From contig JAKAXS010000001.1 in the NCBI GenBank assembly GCA_021816505.1, positions 1-27,149 of the forward strand: a DNA stretch of 27,149 bases. The letters run 5' to 3'. This DNA is from Pseudomonadota bacterium. GTDB taxonomy: Bacteria; Pseudomonadota; Alphaproteobacteria; Rhizobiales; Hyphomicrobiaceae. Within the stretch, counting starts at the first letter, position 1, and each line of letters opens with the position of its first letter. This document shows positions 1-8,271 of the stretch, in pieces. The position numbers and the translations under genes were made by a program. Below the pieces are notes generated by a model, which was not told the DNA's origin, did no database searches, and saw nothing but the letters and a program-made list of their open reading frames with translations.

Positions 1-384
1 ATCCGCTGGACCGGTGAAGGCCGTCTCGGCTTCAGCGAAGGAAAGTTCGAGAACGTCAAATGCCGGGTAACATACTTGCGCACTGAGACCGCGGGACAGC
101 TTAAGCAGAACATTCGCTGTGCTTCCGCCAGCGGCAACATCGAAGTGCTCAGCGAACTGCTGCAGAACGGCGCGCAACTCACCGGAAAGTGGACCGAGAC
201 GGTTCGCAACATGAATGGCGAGCTGACCGGCGAGGTGACGCCGTCCGGATTCCGGGTCGAGATCAAGGGCGCGGATTTGCAGGCGAACATGGACATCATG
301 GCGCGCGGGACACGCCAGCTGGTGGAAATCCAGTTCCACGGCAGCACGTTGGTCGGTCTGTCCCTGATGCTGGTCAAGGGCTAG
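1..384 (+). CDS. Hypothetical protein, 5' truncated by the window edge
   Basis: Frame 1 is open from base 1 (IRWTGEGRLGFSEGKFENVKCRVTY...) into the 76..384 ORF and ends at TAG 382-384. No family recognised. Confidence 0.6.
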   Translation: MRWTGEGRLGFSEGKFENVKCRVTYLRTETAGQLKQNIRCASASGNIEVLSELLQNGAQLTGKWTETVRNMNGELTGEVTPSGFRVEIKGADLQANMDIMARGTRQLVEIQFHGSTLVGLSLMLVKG

Positions 385-880
385 CGGCGGAACCGGTCGC
401 CGGGCCGCGGGCAGCGAAAAGTGCACGTTCCAACGTTTGGGCGAAGTCACGGCGTTCGTCGTCGTTGAGCAGGCGGCCGAATGAAAATTCGCGCCCGTGC
501 GAGGCAATCTTCAAGTCTGTCCGTCCGTCAGGCGACTGCGCGAGGCGTACGCGGGTCCAATAGGGATTGAACTCGAAGCGCTGGCTGGCGCCGGCCGGCG
601 TGACGCGCGTGATGGTGAGCAGGTCGGGTGTCAGCTCCACCACCTCATGAGCGCGGGCCGCGCGATAGTTGAGCTTGAACGCGACGTAGACCAGCGCGAC
701 GTCCAGGCCGAAGAAACCCAGCACCGGCCACGCGCCGATCAGCAGGAAGGCGAAGCCGGTCACGAAGCTCACGCCCCCGATCGCGCTCATCAGGATGAGG
801 AACCCGCGCGGCGAAAGCGAGCGGTGCGGGTAGAGCACGGCGCGGAACGGGTCTTGCGTGGTCACGGCATGATCGTCCAT
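374..880 (-). CDS. DUF2244 family integral membrane protein
   Basis: LYPHRSLSPRGFLILM motif, two hydrophobic helices (GAWPVLGFFGLDV) and C-terminal FGRLLNDDERRDFA. It is divergent from nth, as is common in alphaproteobacteria. Confidence 0.8.
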   Translation of the reverse strand: MDDHAVTTQDPFRAVLYPHRSLSPRGFLILMSAIGGVSFVTGFAFLLIGAWPVLGFFGLDVALVYVAFKLNYRAARAHEVVELTPDLLTITRVTPAGASQRFEFNPYWTRVRLAQSPDGRTDLKIASHGREFSFGRLLNDDERRDFAQTLERALFAARGPATGSAASP

Positions 881-927
881 GCAGGGAGTCTAAACCCGGA
901 TTATCGTCGAGCCAAGCCGTCCCGCCC

Positions 928-1620
928 ATGCCGTCCGCCCGCCCCGCCAGCAAGCCGAAGATCGCCGCCAAGCCGCGACGCACGCGCCTGTCGCGGGAGG
1001 CGATCGCCGAGATCTTCCAACGCTTCTCCGCGGCCGACCCCGAGCCGAAAGGAGAGCTGGAATACGTCAACGCGTTCACGCTCCTCGTTGCCGTCGTTTT
1101 GTCGGCTCAGGCGACGGATGCCGGGGTGAACAAGGCCACGCGCGGGCTGTTTGCCGCCGCGGAGACGCCGGAGAAAATGGTGGCGCTGGGCGAGGACCAG
1201 GTTCGCGAGGCGATCAAGACGATCGGGCTCTATCGCAACAAGGCGAAGAACGTGATCGCGCTCTCGCAACAGCTGATCGACCGTTTCGGCAGCGCGGTCC
1301 CCCAGGACCGGGACGTGCTGGAGACCCTGCCGGGGGTCGGACGCAAGACAGCGAACGTCGTCATGAACGTGATGTTCGGTGCGGCCACGATGGCGGTCGA
1401 TACGCACGTGTTCCGGGTATCCAATCGCACCGGGCTCTCAATGGGCCGCAGCCCGGTGGAGGTGGAAGAAGACCTCTTGCGCATCATTCCGCCGGAATAC
1501 GGCGTGCCGGCGCATCATTGGCTGATCCTGCACGGACGCTATGTCTGCAAGGCGCGACGGCCGGAATGTCCGCGCTGTCTGATCGCAGACCTATGTCTTT
1601 ACCCGGCCAAAACCCTCTGA
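928..1620 (+). CDS. nth: Endonuclease III (DNA glycosylase/AP lyase)
   Basis: FTLLVAVVLSAQATD, HhH motif LPGVGRKTANV, AVDTHVFRV, and 4Fe-4S motif CKARRPECPRCLIADLC. Confidence 0.97.
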   Translation: MPSARPASKPKIAAKPRRTRLSREAIAEIFQRFSAADPEPKGELEYVNAFTLLVAVVLSAQATDAGVNKATRGLFAAAETPEKMVALGEDQVREAIKTIGLYRNKAKNVIALSQQLIDRFGSAVPQDRDVLETLPGVGRKTANVVMNVMFGAATMAVDTHVFRVSNRTGLSMGRSPVEVEEDLLRIIPPEYGVPAHHWLILHGRYVCKARRPECPRCLIADLCLYPAKTL

Positions 1621-1651
1621 AGAGATTGCGCAACTTTAAGATTGCAGGGCA

Positions 1652-1679
1652 TTGCGAGGCGGTCCGTACCCGCTATGTT
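1652..1679 (+). promoter_or_regulatory. Putative sigma70 promoter of the RNase T2 gene
   Basis: TTGCGA(1652-1657)-N16-TATGTT(1674-1679), 36 bp upstream of the ATG at 1716. Identified by motif only. Confidence 0.4.
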
Positions 1680-1715
1680 AGCGCCGCTTCCGGCGTTTCG
1701 TAAGGATGTCCCGCC

Positions 1716-2636
1716 ATGCCGATCTTCCGTCGTTCTTTGCTTGCCGTGTTGGGCGCGATCCTCGCCGCCAGCGCTTTGCCGGCGTCGGCTCAACGCTACG
1801 ACAATCGCTACGACCGGAACGATCGATACCAGAACGGCGGCAATCGCTCGGGCGGGGACGGGCGCAACGTTGCCGGCGAGTTCGACTACTACGCCCTCGT
1901 TCTGTCGTGGAGCCCGACGCATTGCGCGACGCTGCAGAGGGACGGCTACGAGCCGCAATGTCATCGCAAGGATGGCCGCCGCTACAATTTCGTGCTGCAC
2001 GGCCTGTGGCCGCAATACGAGCGCGGCTTTCCCGGCAACTGCCAGATCGGGCAACGGCCGTTCGTGCCGGAGAACGTGATCGAAGAGGCCATGGACGTCA
2101 TGCCGTCCAAGCCACTGATCATTCACGAGTACCGCAAGCACGGCACGTGCTCGGGCCTGACGCCGTCCCAGTATTTCGACCTCAGCGAGCGCCTGTTCCG
2201 CACGGTCAAGATCCCGCAGCGCTACGTCAATCCGTTCGAGCAGCAGTCGGTCTCGCCCGATAGCCTGATCGAAGAGTTTCTGGCGATCAATCCGCAGCTG
2301 AAGCGCGACATGATCGTGGTGTCGTGCGACGGCAGCCGCAACCGGTTGAAGGACGTGCGCATCTGCATGTCGCCCAAGGGCGAACCGCGCTCGTGCGGCA
2401 AGAACGAGAACCAGCGCAGGCTGTGCTCGTCGGCGAGCATGTACGTGCCGCCGGTGCGCTCCTCGTCGGAGGCACGGACCGACGGTCCGGGCCATGGACA
2501 TGATCGAGGCAACGACCGGGGACAGGACCGCGGTGGCGCATCGACACCGAGGCAAGGCAATGACGACAGCCCGCTTCCCGGCCCGCGCATGAAGCGCGAC
2601 GGCGACCGTTACGAGCGCGACGAGCGCTCACTTTGA
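1716..2636 (+). CDS. Secreted ribonuclease T2 family protein with low-complexity tails
   Basis: CAS I FVLHGLWPQY and CAS II IHEYRKHGTCSG, YYALVLSWSP, several Cys, and an N-terminal signal peptide ending ASA. Confidence 0.92.
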   Translation: MPIFRRSLLAVLGAILAASALPASAQRYDNRYDRNDRYQNGGNRSGGDGRNVAGEFDYYALVLSWSPTHCATLQRDGYEPQCHRKDGRRYNFVLHGLWPQYERGFPGNCQIGQRPFVPENVIEEAMDVMPSKPLIIHEYRKHGTCSGLTPSQYFDLSERLFRTVKIPQRYVNPFEQQSVSPDSLIEEFLAINPQLKRDMIVVSCDGSRNRLKDVRICMSPKGEPRSCGKNENQRRLCSSASMYVPPVRSSSEARTDGPGHGHDRGNDRGQDRGGASTPRQGNDDSPLPGPRMKRDGDRYERDERSL

Positions 2637-3803
2637 GGGGGTGTTTGCACCTTCCGCTTTCGCCTGCGCCGCGCGGATTTTCTGTAAATCAGGGTCGTTG
2701 CGCTCGTAGTCGATGAGCGGGGCGAGCCGGCGCAGCAGCGCGTTCACGGCGGCGCTGCGATGCTTGAAGAAGATCCAGTGCGGGGCCAGCCGCGCGCCGT
2801 ACACCATCTTGACGCTGTAGGCGGTGTTGCCCATCCGGATATGCGGAATGCGCTTCAGGATGGCGAGGCGGATCGCCTGGTTGATGTTGATGAAGTAGAG
2901 ATTGAGTTCGCGCGCGACGGCATAGTTCATGCCGATGACCTTGCCGCTCAGTTCCGTATCGCCCAGCATCAGCAATTGGAAGCCGACCAGCTCGTCGCCC
3001 AGCCAACACAGCATGAACTGCGCGCGGTCTCCGCAATGCCGCTTCACGGCGTCGAAATAGTCTGGATGCAGCGTCTCGAACCCGCCGTAGTCGCCCTTTG
3101 ACTGGTCGCGCGTCTGCTCGTACAGCGCGTGAAGTCGCGGCGACAGGTCGCCGATCTCCTCGCGGTACTCCAGGCGCAGCCGGTCCAGGGTCCGTTCCTT
3201 GCGCGTGAAGTAGCGACGGTCCGAACGCGATTGCGCGGCGAGGAACGCATCCCAACTGGGATAGGGCAGATCGAGATAGGCATTGGGCAGGCTCTTGATC
3301 TTGGCGAAGCCGAGGCCGACCAGCGCTTCGCCGATCTCGGGCGCCGCAGTGTCTTCCAGATCCTTCACCGCCAGCAGCTTGTGACCCCGCGCGCGCGCGC
3401 CTTGGTCGACGGTGGCGACCAGCGCTGCGAGAGCCGCGGTCTTGTCGGCGGGCGACAACGTTGCGTCCACGCCGATGTGGCAACGGTCGACCTGCGGCGA
3501 GCCGATGCCCGTCAGTCCCAGCGACAGGAACTTCGGAATGCGACGCGCCACGGCATCCAGCGCCTTGCGTATGGGGCCCGAAACCGAGGCATACAACTCG
3601 TGTCTGGTGTGAAAGACCGGCGCGACGGCAACGATCTTGTCGTGGGCATTGCTTACGGCCACATAATCCACGTCGAACCCGGCCGACGGCGCGTCCTCGC
3701 ATGCGGCATAGTATGCCCAGCCTTCCGCGTCGCCGGGGAAGAAGGCGTCCCAGGATGGGCGTGGGATCTGACGAATTGTCTTGTGCAGCGTGGCCGTAAA
3801 CAT
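2628..3803 (-). CDS. GNAT superfamily protein, FemAB/DUF482-like double-GNAT type
   Basis: 391-aa ORF with GAGGA SD. Pattern resembles FemAB-like proteins (SWDAFF...YYAACE; VAVAPVF; LPYPSWDAFLA; NLYF; IRMGNTAYSVK). The family call is from memory of the pattern; substrate unknown. Confidence 0.7.
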   Translation of the reverse strand: MFTATLHKTIRQIPRPSWDAFFPGDAEGWAYYAACEDAPSAGFDVDYVAVSNAHDKIVAVAPVFHTRHELYASVSGPIRKALDAVARRIPKFLSLGLTGIGSPQVDRCHIGVDATLSPADKTAALAALVATVDQGARARGHKLLAVKDLEDTAAPEIGEALVGLGFAKIKSLPNAYLDLPYPSWDAFLAAQSRSDRRYFTRKERTLDRLRLEYREEIGDLSPRLHALYEQTRDQSKGDYGGFETLHPDYFDAVKRHCGDRAQFMLCWLGDELVGFQLLMLGDTELSGKVIGMNYAVARELNLYFININQAIRLAILKRIPHIRMGNTAYSVKMVYGARLAPHWIFFKHRSAAVNALLRRLAPLIDYERNDPDLQKIRAAQAKAEGANTPSK

Positions 3804-3958
3804 CGTGTCCTCGAACGTGCGTGGGTAAAATGGTCCCTGCGCCCGCGGACCTTACCACGTCCGGATTTATGATGCCGTGCGCTGAAGGCGCAGCTCGCCG
3901 ATCTGGATTCTGGCATTTGCCGCGAACGATGCTATAGGCACGGCCGAACAGGATAGGC

Positions 3959-5611
3959 ATGGACATGCAAGACGACCAGGCCGTGGCCGGCACGGCATCA
4001 TCGGGTTCTGCGACGCGGGGTGCAGCACCCCCGCAATCGGCGCTCGCGAAGGAAATCGCGCGCCGGCGGACGTTCGCGATCATTTCGCATCCCGACGCCG
4101 GCAAGACGACGTTGACGGAAAAGCTGCTGCTGCTTGGCGGTGCCATTCAGCTGGCGGGCCAGGTCAAGGCGAAGAAGGGCGGACAGTCGACGCGTTCGGA
4201 CTGGATGGCGATCGAAAAATCGCGCGGCATCTCCGTCGTGACGTCGGTCATGACGTTCGAGTACGGCGGCGCCGTTTTCAATCTGCTCGACACGCCGGGC
4301 CACGAAGACTTCTCCGACCACACCTATCGCACGCTGACCGCGGTCGATTCCGCGATCATGGTGATCGACGCAGCAAAGGGCATCGAGGCGCGCACGCGCA
4401 AGCTGTTCGAGATCTGCAGGCTGCGCGACATTCCGATCGTCACCTTCATCAACAAGATGGACCGTGAAGCGCGCGAGCCGCTGGAACTGCTGGACGAGAT
4501 CGAGAAGACGCTGGCGCTCGATACGGCGCCCATGGTCTGGCCGATCGGGCAGGGGCGCGGGTTCAAGGGGACATACGACCTCACCAGTCCGCGCATTCGC
4601 CAGATCGACGACGAGGGCTCGGACGGCATCGCCGTTTCCGGTCCGGCCGATCCTGCCATCGATAAACTGCTCGAGCCGGCCGCGGCCACCGCATGGCGCG
4701 AGGAAATCTCGCTCGTCGAGGGCGTGTGCAATACCTTCGACATGGAGAAGTTCCGTCACGGCACGCTGACGCCGGTGTTCTTCGGTAGCGCGCTGCGCAA
4801 TTTCGGTGTGCGCGACCTGATCGACGCGTTGATCACGTATGCCCCGCCGCCGCGCAGCCAGACGGCATCGACGCGCGTGATCGACGCGAGCGAGCCGCAG
4901 ATGACGGGGATCATCTTCAAGATCCAGGCGAACATGGATCCCAACCACCGCGACCGCATCGCCTTCATGCGCGTATGTTCAGGCAAGCTGACGCGCGGCA
5001 TGAAGCTGAAACTGGTGCGCACGGGAAAGACGATGGCGGTGACGGCACCGCAGTTCTTTTTCGCGCAGGATCGCTCGATCGCGGAGGAAGCCTATGCGGG
5101 CGACGTCGTGGGTATTCCGAACCGCGGCGTGCTGCGCATCGGCGACGCGCTGACCGAAGGCGAGGATGTGACGTTCCTCGGCATCCCGAGTTTCGCGCCG
5201 GAGATCTTGCGGCGCATTCGATTGGGGGATGCCATCAAGGCGCGCAAGCTGAAGGACGCGCTGCAGGAGATGGCGGAGGAGGGCGTCGTCCAGCTCTTCA
5301 CGCCGATCGACGGCATGCAGCCGATCGTAGGCGTCATCGGAGCGCTGCAGCTCGACGTTCTGGCCGACCGGCTGGAGCACGAGTACGGGCTGCAGTCCGG
5401 GTTCGAGACGGCGCCATGCGAAACCGTGCGCTGGATCAGTTCCGACGATCCGGCGGCGTTGAAGACGTTCATGCAGAAGTACCGGCCGCAAATCGCGCTC
5501 GATCTGGACGAAGCGCCGGTGTTTCTCGGCACCTCGATCTTCAATCTTCAATGGACCGGCGACAAGAACCCGGAAATCAAGTTCACCGATATCAAGACGA
5601 TAACGGCGTAG
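3959..5611 (+). CDS. prfC: Peptide chain release factor 3
   Basis: RRRTFAIISHPDAGKTTLTEKLLL, RGISVVTSV, NLLDTPGHEDF, FINKMDR, ANMDPNHRDRIAF. Confidence 0.97.
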   Translation: MDMQDDQAVAGTASSGSATRGAAPPQSALAKEIARRRTFAIISHPDAGKTTLTEKLLLLGGAIQLAGQVKAKKGGQSTRSDWMAIEKSRGISVVTSVMTFEYGGAVFNLLDTPGHEDFSDHTYRTLTAVDSAIMVIDAAKGIEARTRKLFEICRLRDIPIVTFINKMDREAREPLELLDEIEKTLALDTAPMVWPIGQGRGFKGTYDLTSPRIRQIDDEGSDGIAVSGPADPAIDKLLEPAAATAWREEISLVEGVCNTFDMEKFRHGTLTPVFFGSALRNFGVRDLIDALITYAPPPRSQTASTRVIDASEPQMTGIIFKIQANMDPNHRDRIAFMRVCSGKLTRGMKLKLVRTGKTMAVTAPQFFFAQDRSIAEEAYAGDVVGIPNRGVLRIGDALTEGEDVTFLGIPSFAPEILRRIRLGDAIKARKLKDALQEMAEEGVVQLFTPIDGMQPIVGVIGALQLDVLADRLEHEYGLQSGFETAPCETVRWISSDDPAALKTFMQKYRPQIALDLDEAPVFLGTSIFNLQWTGDKNPEIKFTDIKTITA

Positions 5612-5616
5612 GCTGC

Positions 5617-5667
5617 TTGACCGGCCAGGACAGTTTCCTTACTTTACTCCTTACTTGAAGTAAGGAG
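5617..5667 (+). promoter_or_regulatory. Sigma70 promoter and palindromic operator of the TA operon
   Basis: TTGACC(5617-5622)-N17-TACTTT(5640-5645). A perfect inverted repeat CTCCTTACTT-G-AAGTAAGGAG (5647-5667) overlaps the SD AAGGAGG. Confidence 0.75.
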
Positions 5668-5673
5668 GTTGGA

Positions 5674-5913
5674 ATGGCAACGGCGACTGTCACATCCAAA
5701 GGGCAAGTGACGATTCCGCTCGAAGTGCGGAAGGCGCTGGGCATCTCTGCTGGCGCCAAGCTGGATTTTGTCAAAATGGCCGATGGCCATTTCGGTATCT
5801 TTGCAGCGACCGGGTCCGTCAAAGATCTAAAGGGTATCGTTCCGCGGCCGAAGACGCCGGTGTCCCTCGAAGAGATGCAGAAAGCGATTGAGGACGCGGC
5901 CCGCGGCAAATGA
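5674..5913 (+). CDS. AbrB/MazE/SpoVT family antitoxin (VapB-like)
   Basis: ATVTSKGQVTIPLEVRKALGISAGAKLDF swapped-hairpin signature. ATGA overlap with the PIN gene. Confidence 0.92.
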   Translation: MATATVTSKGQVTIPLEVRKALGISAGAKLDFVKMADGHFGIFAATGSVKDLKGIVPRPKTPVSLEEMQKAIEDAARGK

Positions 5914-6302
5914 TTGGCCTCGATAGCAACGTCCTTGTCCGTTACCTCACCCAGGATGACGAATTGCAGTCGAAGATTGCCACGCGCGTCGTGGACCGCT
6001 TCACGGCAGAGTCCCCGGGATACCTGCCATTGGTTGCGTTGGCCGAAACGGTATGGGTTCTGAAGCGCGGCTACAGGGTGTCGCGGTCTCGGATAGCAGA
6101 CATCGTGGATATGCTGCTGAATTCAAGCGATCTCATTATCGAGGATCGGCCCGCAGTACATTTCGCCCTCAGGATCTATCGAGCAACCACTGCTGATTTC
6201 GGTGATGCCCTCATTGCCTTTAGCGCCGAGCGCGCGGGCTGCGTGGAAACCGTGACGTTCGACAAGGCGGCTGCCGAACACTGCGGCATGCGGCTGCTGT
6301 AA
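5910..6302 (+). CDS. vapC: PIN-domain VapC family toxin
   Basis: IGLDSNVLVRYL, LAETVWVL, DFGDALI and TFD carry the PIN acidic residues. Translationally coupled to the antitoxin. Confidence 0.9.
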   Translation: MIGLDSNVLVRYLTQDDELQSKIATRVVDRFTAESPGYLPLVALAETVWVLKRGYRVSRSRIADIVDMLLNSSDLIIEDRPAVHFALRIYRATTADFGDALIAFSAERAGCVETVTFDKAAAEHCGMRLL

Positions 6303-6314
6303 GCTCAGCGTCTC

Positions 6315-7343
6315 TCACTCTTGGCTGGCCAGCAGTGCGACCGCGACGGCGGGAGCGCAGTGCGTTGCTGCGGTGACGACGCTGCTCTGAGCCTCGGCGA
6401 GATCGCCGAAGAAGATGACGTCGCGGCCGGAGCGGGCGGCGAGGCTTGCGGAGATGACGCCGGCGCCGATGCCGGCCACGACGATTGGTGCGTCAGCGGC
6501 GAGTTGGCTGCTGCGGGCAACCGCCTCGTATCCCTCGGCGATGGATTGTATCTGGGCTTCGGCGATGCCGGCAGCGGCTTCGCGCCACTCGGCTGCCGAG
6601 CCGTCAGTGGCGTCGCGCCCGAACATCCGGGAGAGCCGAGCGATGCTTTCGGCCGTGGACTTGCCGCGTCCATCGGCCGTGGCGTGCTGGTCTACACCGT
6701 CGGGCAAATGGCCGAGGATGCGGCGAGCGTCGGCCATCGTCGCCAGGTACTCGCGGCAGAGACCTTGCTGGCGGCCACGAAAAAGAGCGGCCGTCGTCAC
6801 GCCCATCACGGCGGTGCGCGTCAGACCGGTGTAAATCAGTTCGCCGCTTTCCAGGCGCTCCGCATCGGTCAGGCCGGTAGCCGCCGCCTTGCCGGCGACG
6901 ATGGGGATGATGTCGGTCGTCGTCGAGCCCATGTCGATCAGCAACGCATCGGGCCGCCGGCGCGCGATCAATTCGGCGGTGGCCAGGAAATTCGTCGAGC
7001 CGACGTCGACATGATGCGCTTTGGCTTCGGCTGCATCGCCGAAACCGCGCCGGCCCATCCAGAACCGTGCAGCGTCCTCATAGTCCGCATCAAGCTTGCC
7101 GACGAGCGTTTCGACGCCCTCTCGGCGATTGGAAAATAGATCTGACAGCTCGCCCGTCATCGTGATGGCTATCGTCTCTGCGGATGTGAGCAGCGGACGG
7201 GCCAATGCCAGGGCGCGATCGAGGTTCGCAAGGCCTTGCCATAGCGGACATGCAATTTGCTCGACGTGGGTGACGCGGCCACGATCTGCGACCGCAACCT
7301 TCAGGTGAGCGCCGCCGACGTCCAGTCCTGCTGTAATGCCCAT
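6315..7343 (-). CDS. orf9: Hydantoinase/oxoprolinase-family H4MPT-linked C1 protein (Orf9, MfnF-like)
   Basis: GLDVGGAHLK, ITMTGELSDLF, LLIDMGSTTTDIIP, ELIYTGLTRT and APAVAVA. Start reassigned to the ATG at 7343 (MGITAG), because the longer ORF runs into orf17. Confidence 0.85.
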   Translation of the reverse strand: MGITAGLDVGGAHLKVAVADRGRVTHVEQIACPLWQGLANLDRALALARPLLTSAETIAITMTGELSDLFSNRREGVETLVGKLDADYEDAARFWMGRRGFGDAAEAKAHHVDVGSTNFLATAELIARRRPDALLIDMGSTTTDIIPIVAGKAAATGLTDAERLESGELIYTGLTRTAVMGVTTAALFRGRQQGLCREYLATMADARRILGHLPDGVDQHATADGRGKSTAESIARLSRMFGRDATDGSAAEWREAAAGIAEAQIQSIAEGYEAVARSSQLAADAPIVVAGIGAGVISASLAARSGRDVIFFGDLAEAQSSVVTAATHCAPAVAVALLASQE

Positions 7344-7400
7344 GTGCCCCGTCCAATTTTTTCTGCGTCGTGATACACCATTCGCGAGGAGCGCGGCAGC

Positions 7401-8126
7401 ATGCACATCATCCCGGTTATCGATGTCCGAAACGGGCAGGCGGTGCGCGCCATTGCCGGTGTCCGCTCGAACTATCGGCCGCTGACGTGGTGCGTGGGCG
7501 CCGGAACGGAGCCCGGACAGGTCCAGGCGGCTTCAGCCGAGGGCGCCCCTGATGCGTCGTCGCCGCTCGCTATCGCCCGGGGGTATCTCGGCCTCTACGG
7601 GTTCCCGATCCTCTACATTGCGGACCTTGACGGGATAGAGGGACGGCCTGCCGTGGGGGGCTGGGCATCCGACATGTTCGGCAATCTGCCGGACGTTCAG
7701 TTCTGGATCGATGCCGGCCAGCGGTTCGCGGGGGGCGGGCTGCACACGACGGTTATCGGGTCCGAGGCGTTGAAGGATGAGGATCTGCGCGGCACGTTTC
7801 CGGATGCAGCGGTGCTGTCGCTCGACTTTCGCGAGGACGTGTTTCTAGGGCCGCTGCGGCTGCTGGAAACACCGCAGCTCTGGCCGCGCCGCGTCATCGT
7901 GATGAGCCTTTCGCGTGTCGGCAGCAATGCGGGGCCTGACCTGGAACGCGTTGCCGACATCGTTCGGCGCGCGCCGCACGCGGAGGTCTACGCGGCTGGC
8001 GGCATTCGCGATCTGAGCGATGTGCGGGCCGCACGCGCGGCGGGTGCTGCCGGCATTCTGATTTCTTCGGCTCTGCATGGCGAAAAAATTAAGGCCGATG
8101 ATCTCGAAGAGATCATCGGCCTCTGA
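7401..8126 (+). CDS. orf17: HisA/HisF-related TIM-barrel protein (Orf17), linked to methylofuran biosynthesis
   Basis: IIPVIDVRNGQAVRA, LYIADLDGI, WIDAG, IVMSLSRVGSNAGPD, YAAGGIRD. GAGGAG SD; located within the C1 cluster. Confidence 0.85.
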   Translation: MHIIPVIDVRNGQAVRAIAGVRSNYRPLTWCVGAGTEPGQVQAASAEGAPDASSPLAIARGYLGLYGFPILYIADLDGIEGRPAVGGWASDMFGNLPDVQFWIDAGQRFAGGGLHTTVIGSEALKDEDLRGTFPDAAVLSLDFREDVFLGPLRLLETPQLWPRRVIVMSLSRVGSNAGPDLERVADIVRRAPHAEVYAAGGIRDLSDVRAARAAGAAGILISSALHGEKIKADDLEEIIGL

Positions 8127-8271
8127 TTAGGGTCGTCACGTGCCAGGGTGGAAGTTCCCTACCACTCCCGCCGTGTCAGCCGTTCCAACGGCCAGCAAGC
8201 AGTCTACCCAATCGCTGCAGCAGACCCCCCTTCATAGGAGGTGTGTCATCCTGCTGTGGACGGTGTCCGCT

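Noticed and set aside
374-384. Short convergent gene overlaps (374-384 and 2628-2636)
   Set aside because: Overlaps of 9-11 bp at 3' ends are common in compact high-GC genomes, and nothing here indicates a regulatory role.
2689-4146. 485-aa minus-strand ORF
   Set aside because: Overlaps prfC and the GNAT gene in another frame. Its Arg/Pro/Ala-rich composition is typical of spurious high-GC frames.
8127-8271. Identity as 6S RNA, SRP RNA, tRNA or 5S rRNA
   Set aside because: No long 5'/3' closing stem, no SRP GGAAG-AGCAG core, no cloverleaf or T-loop, and no 5S motifs were recognised.
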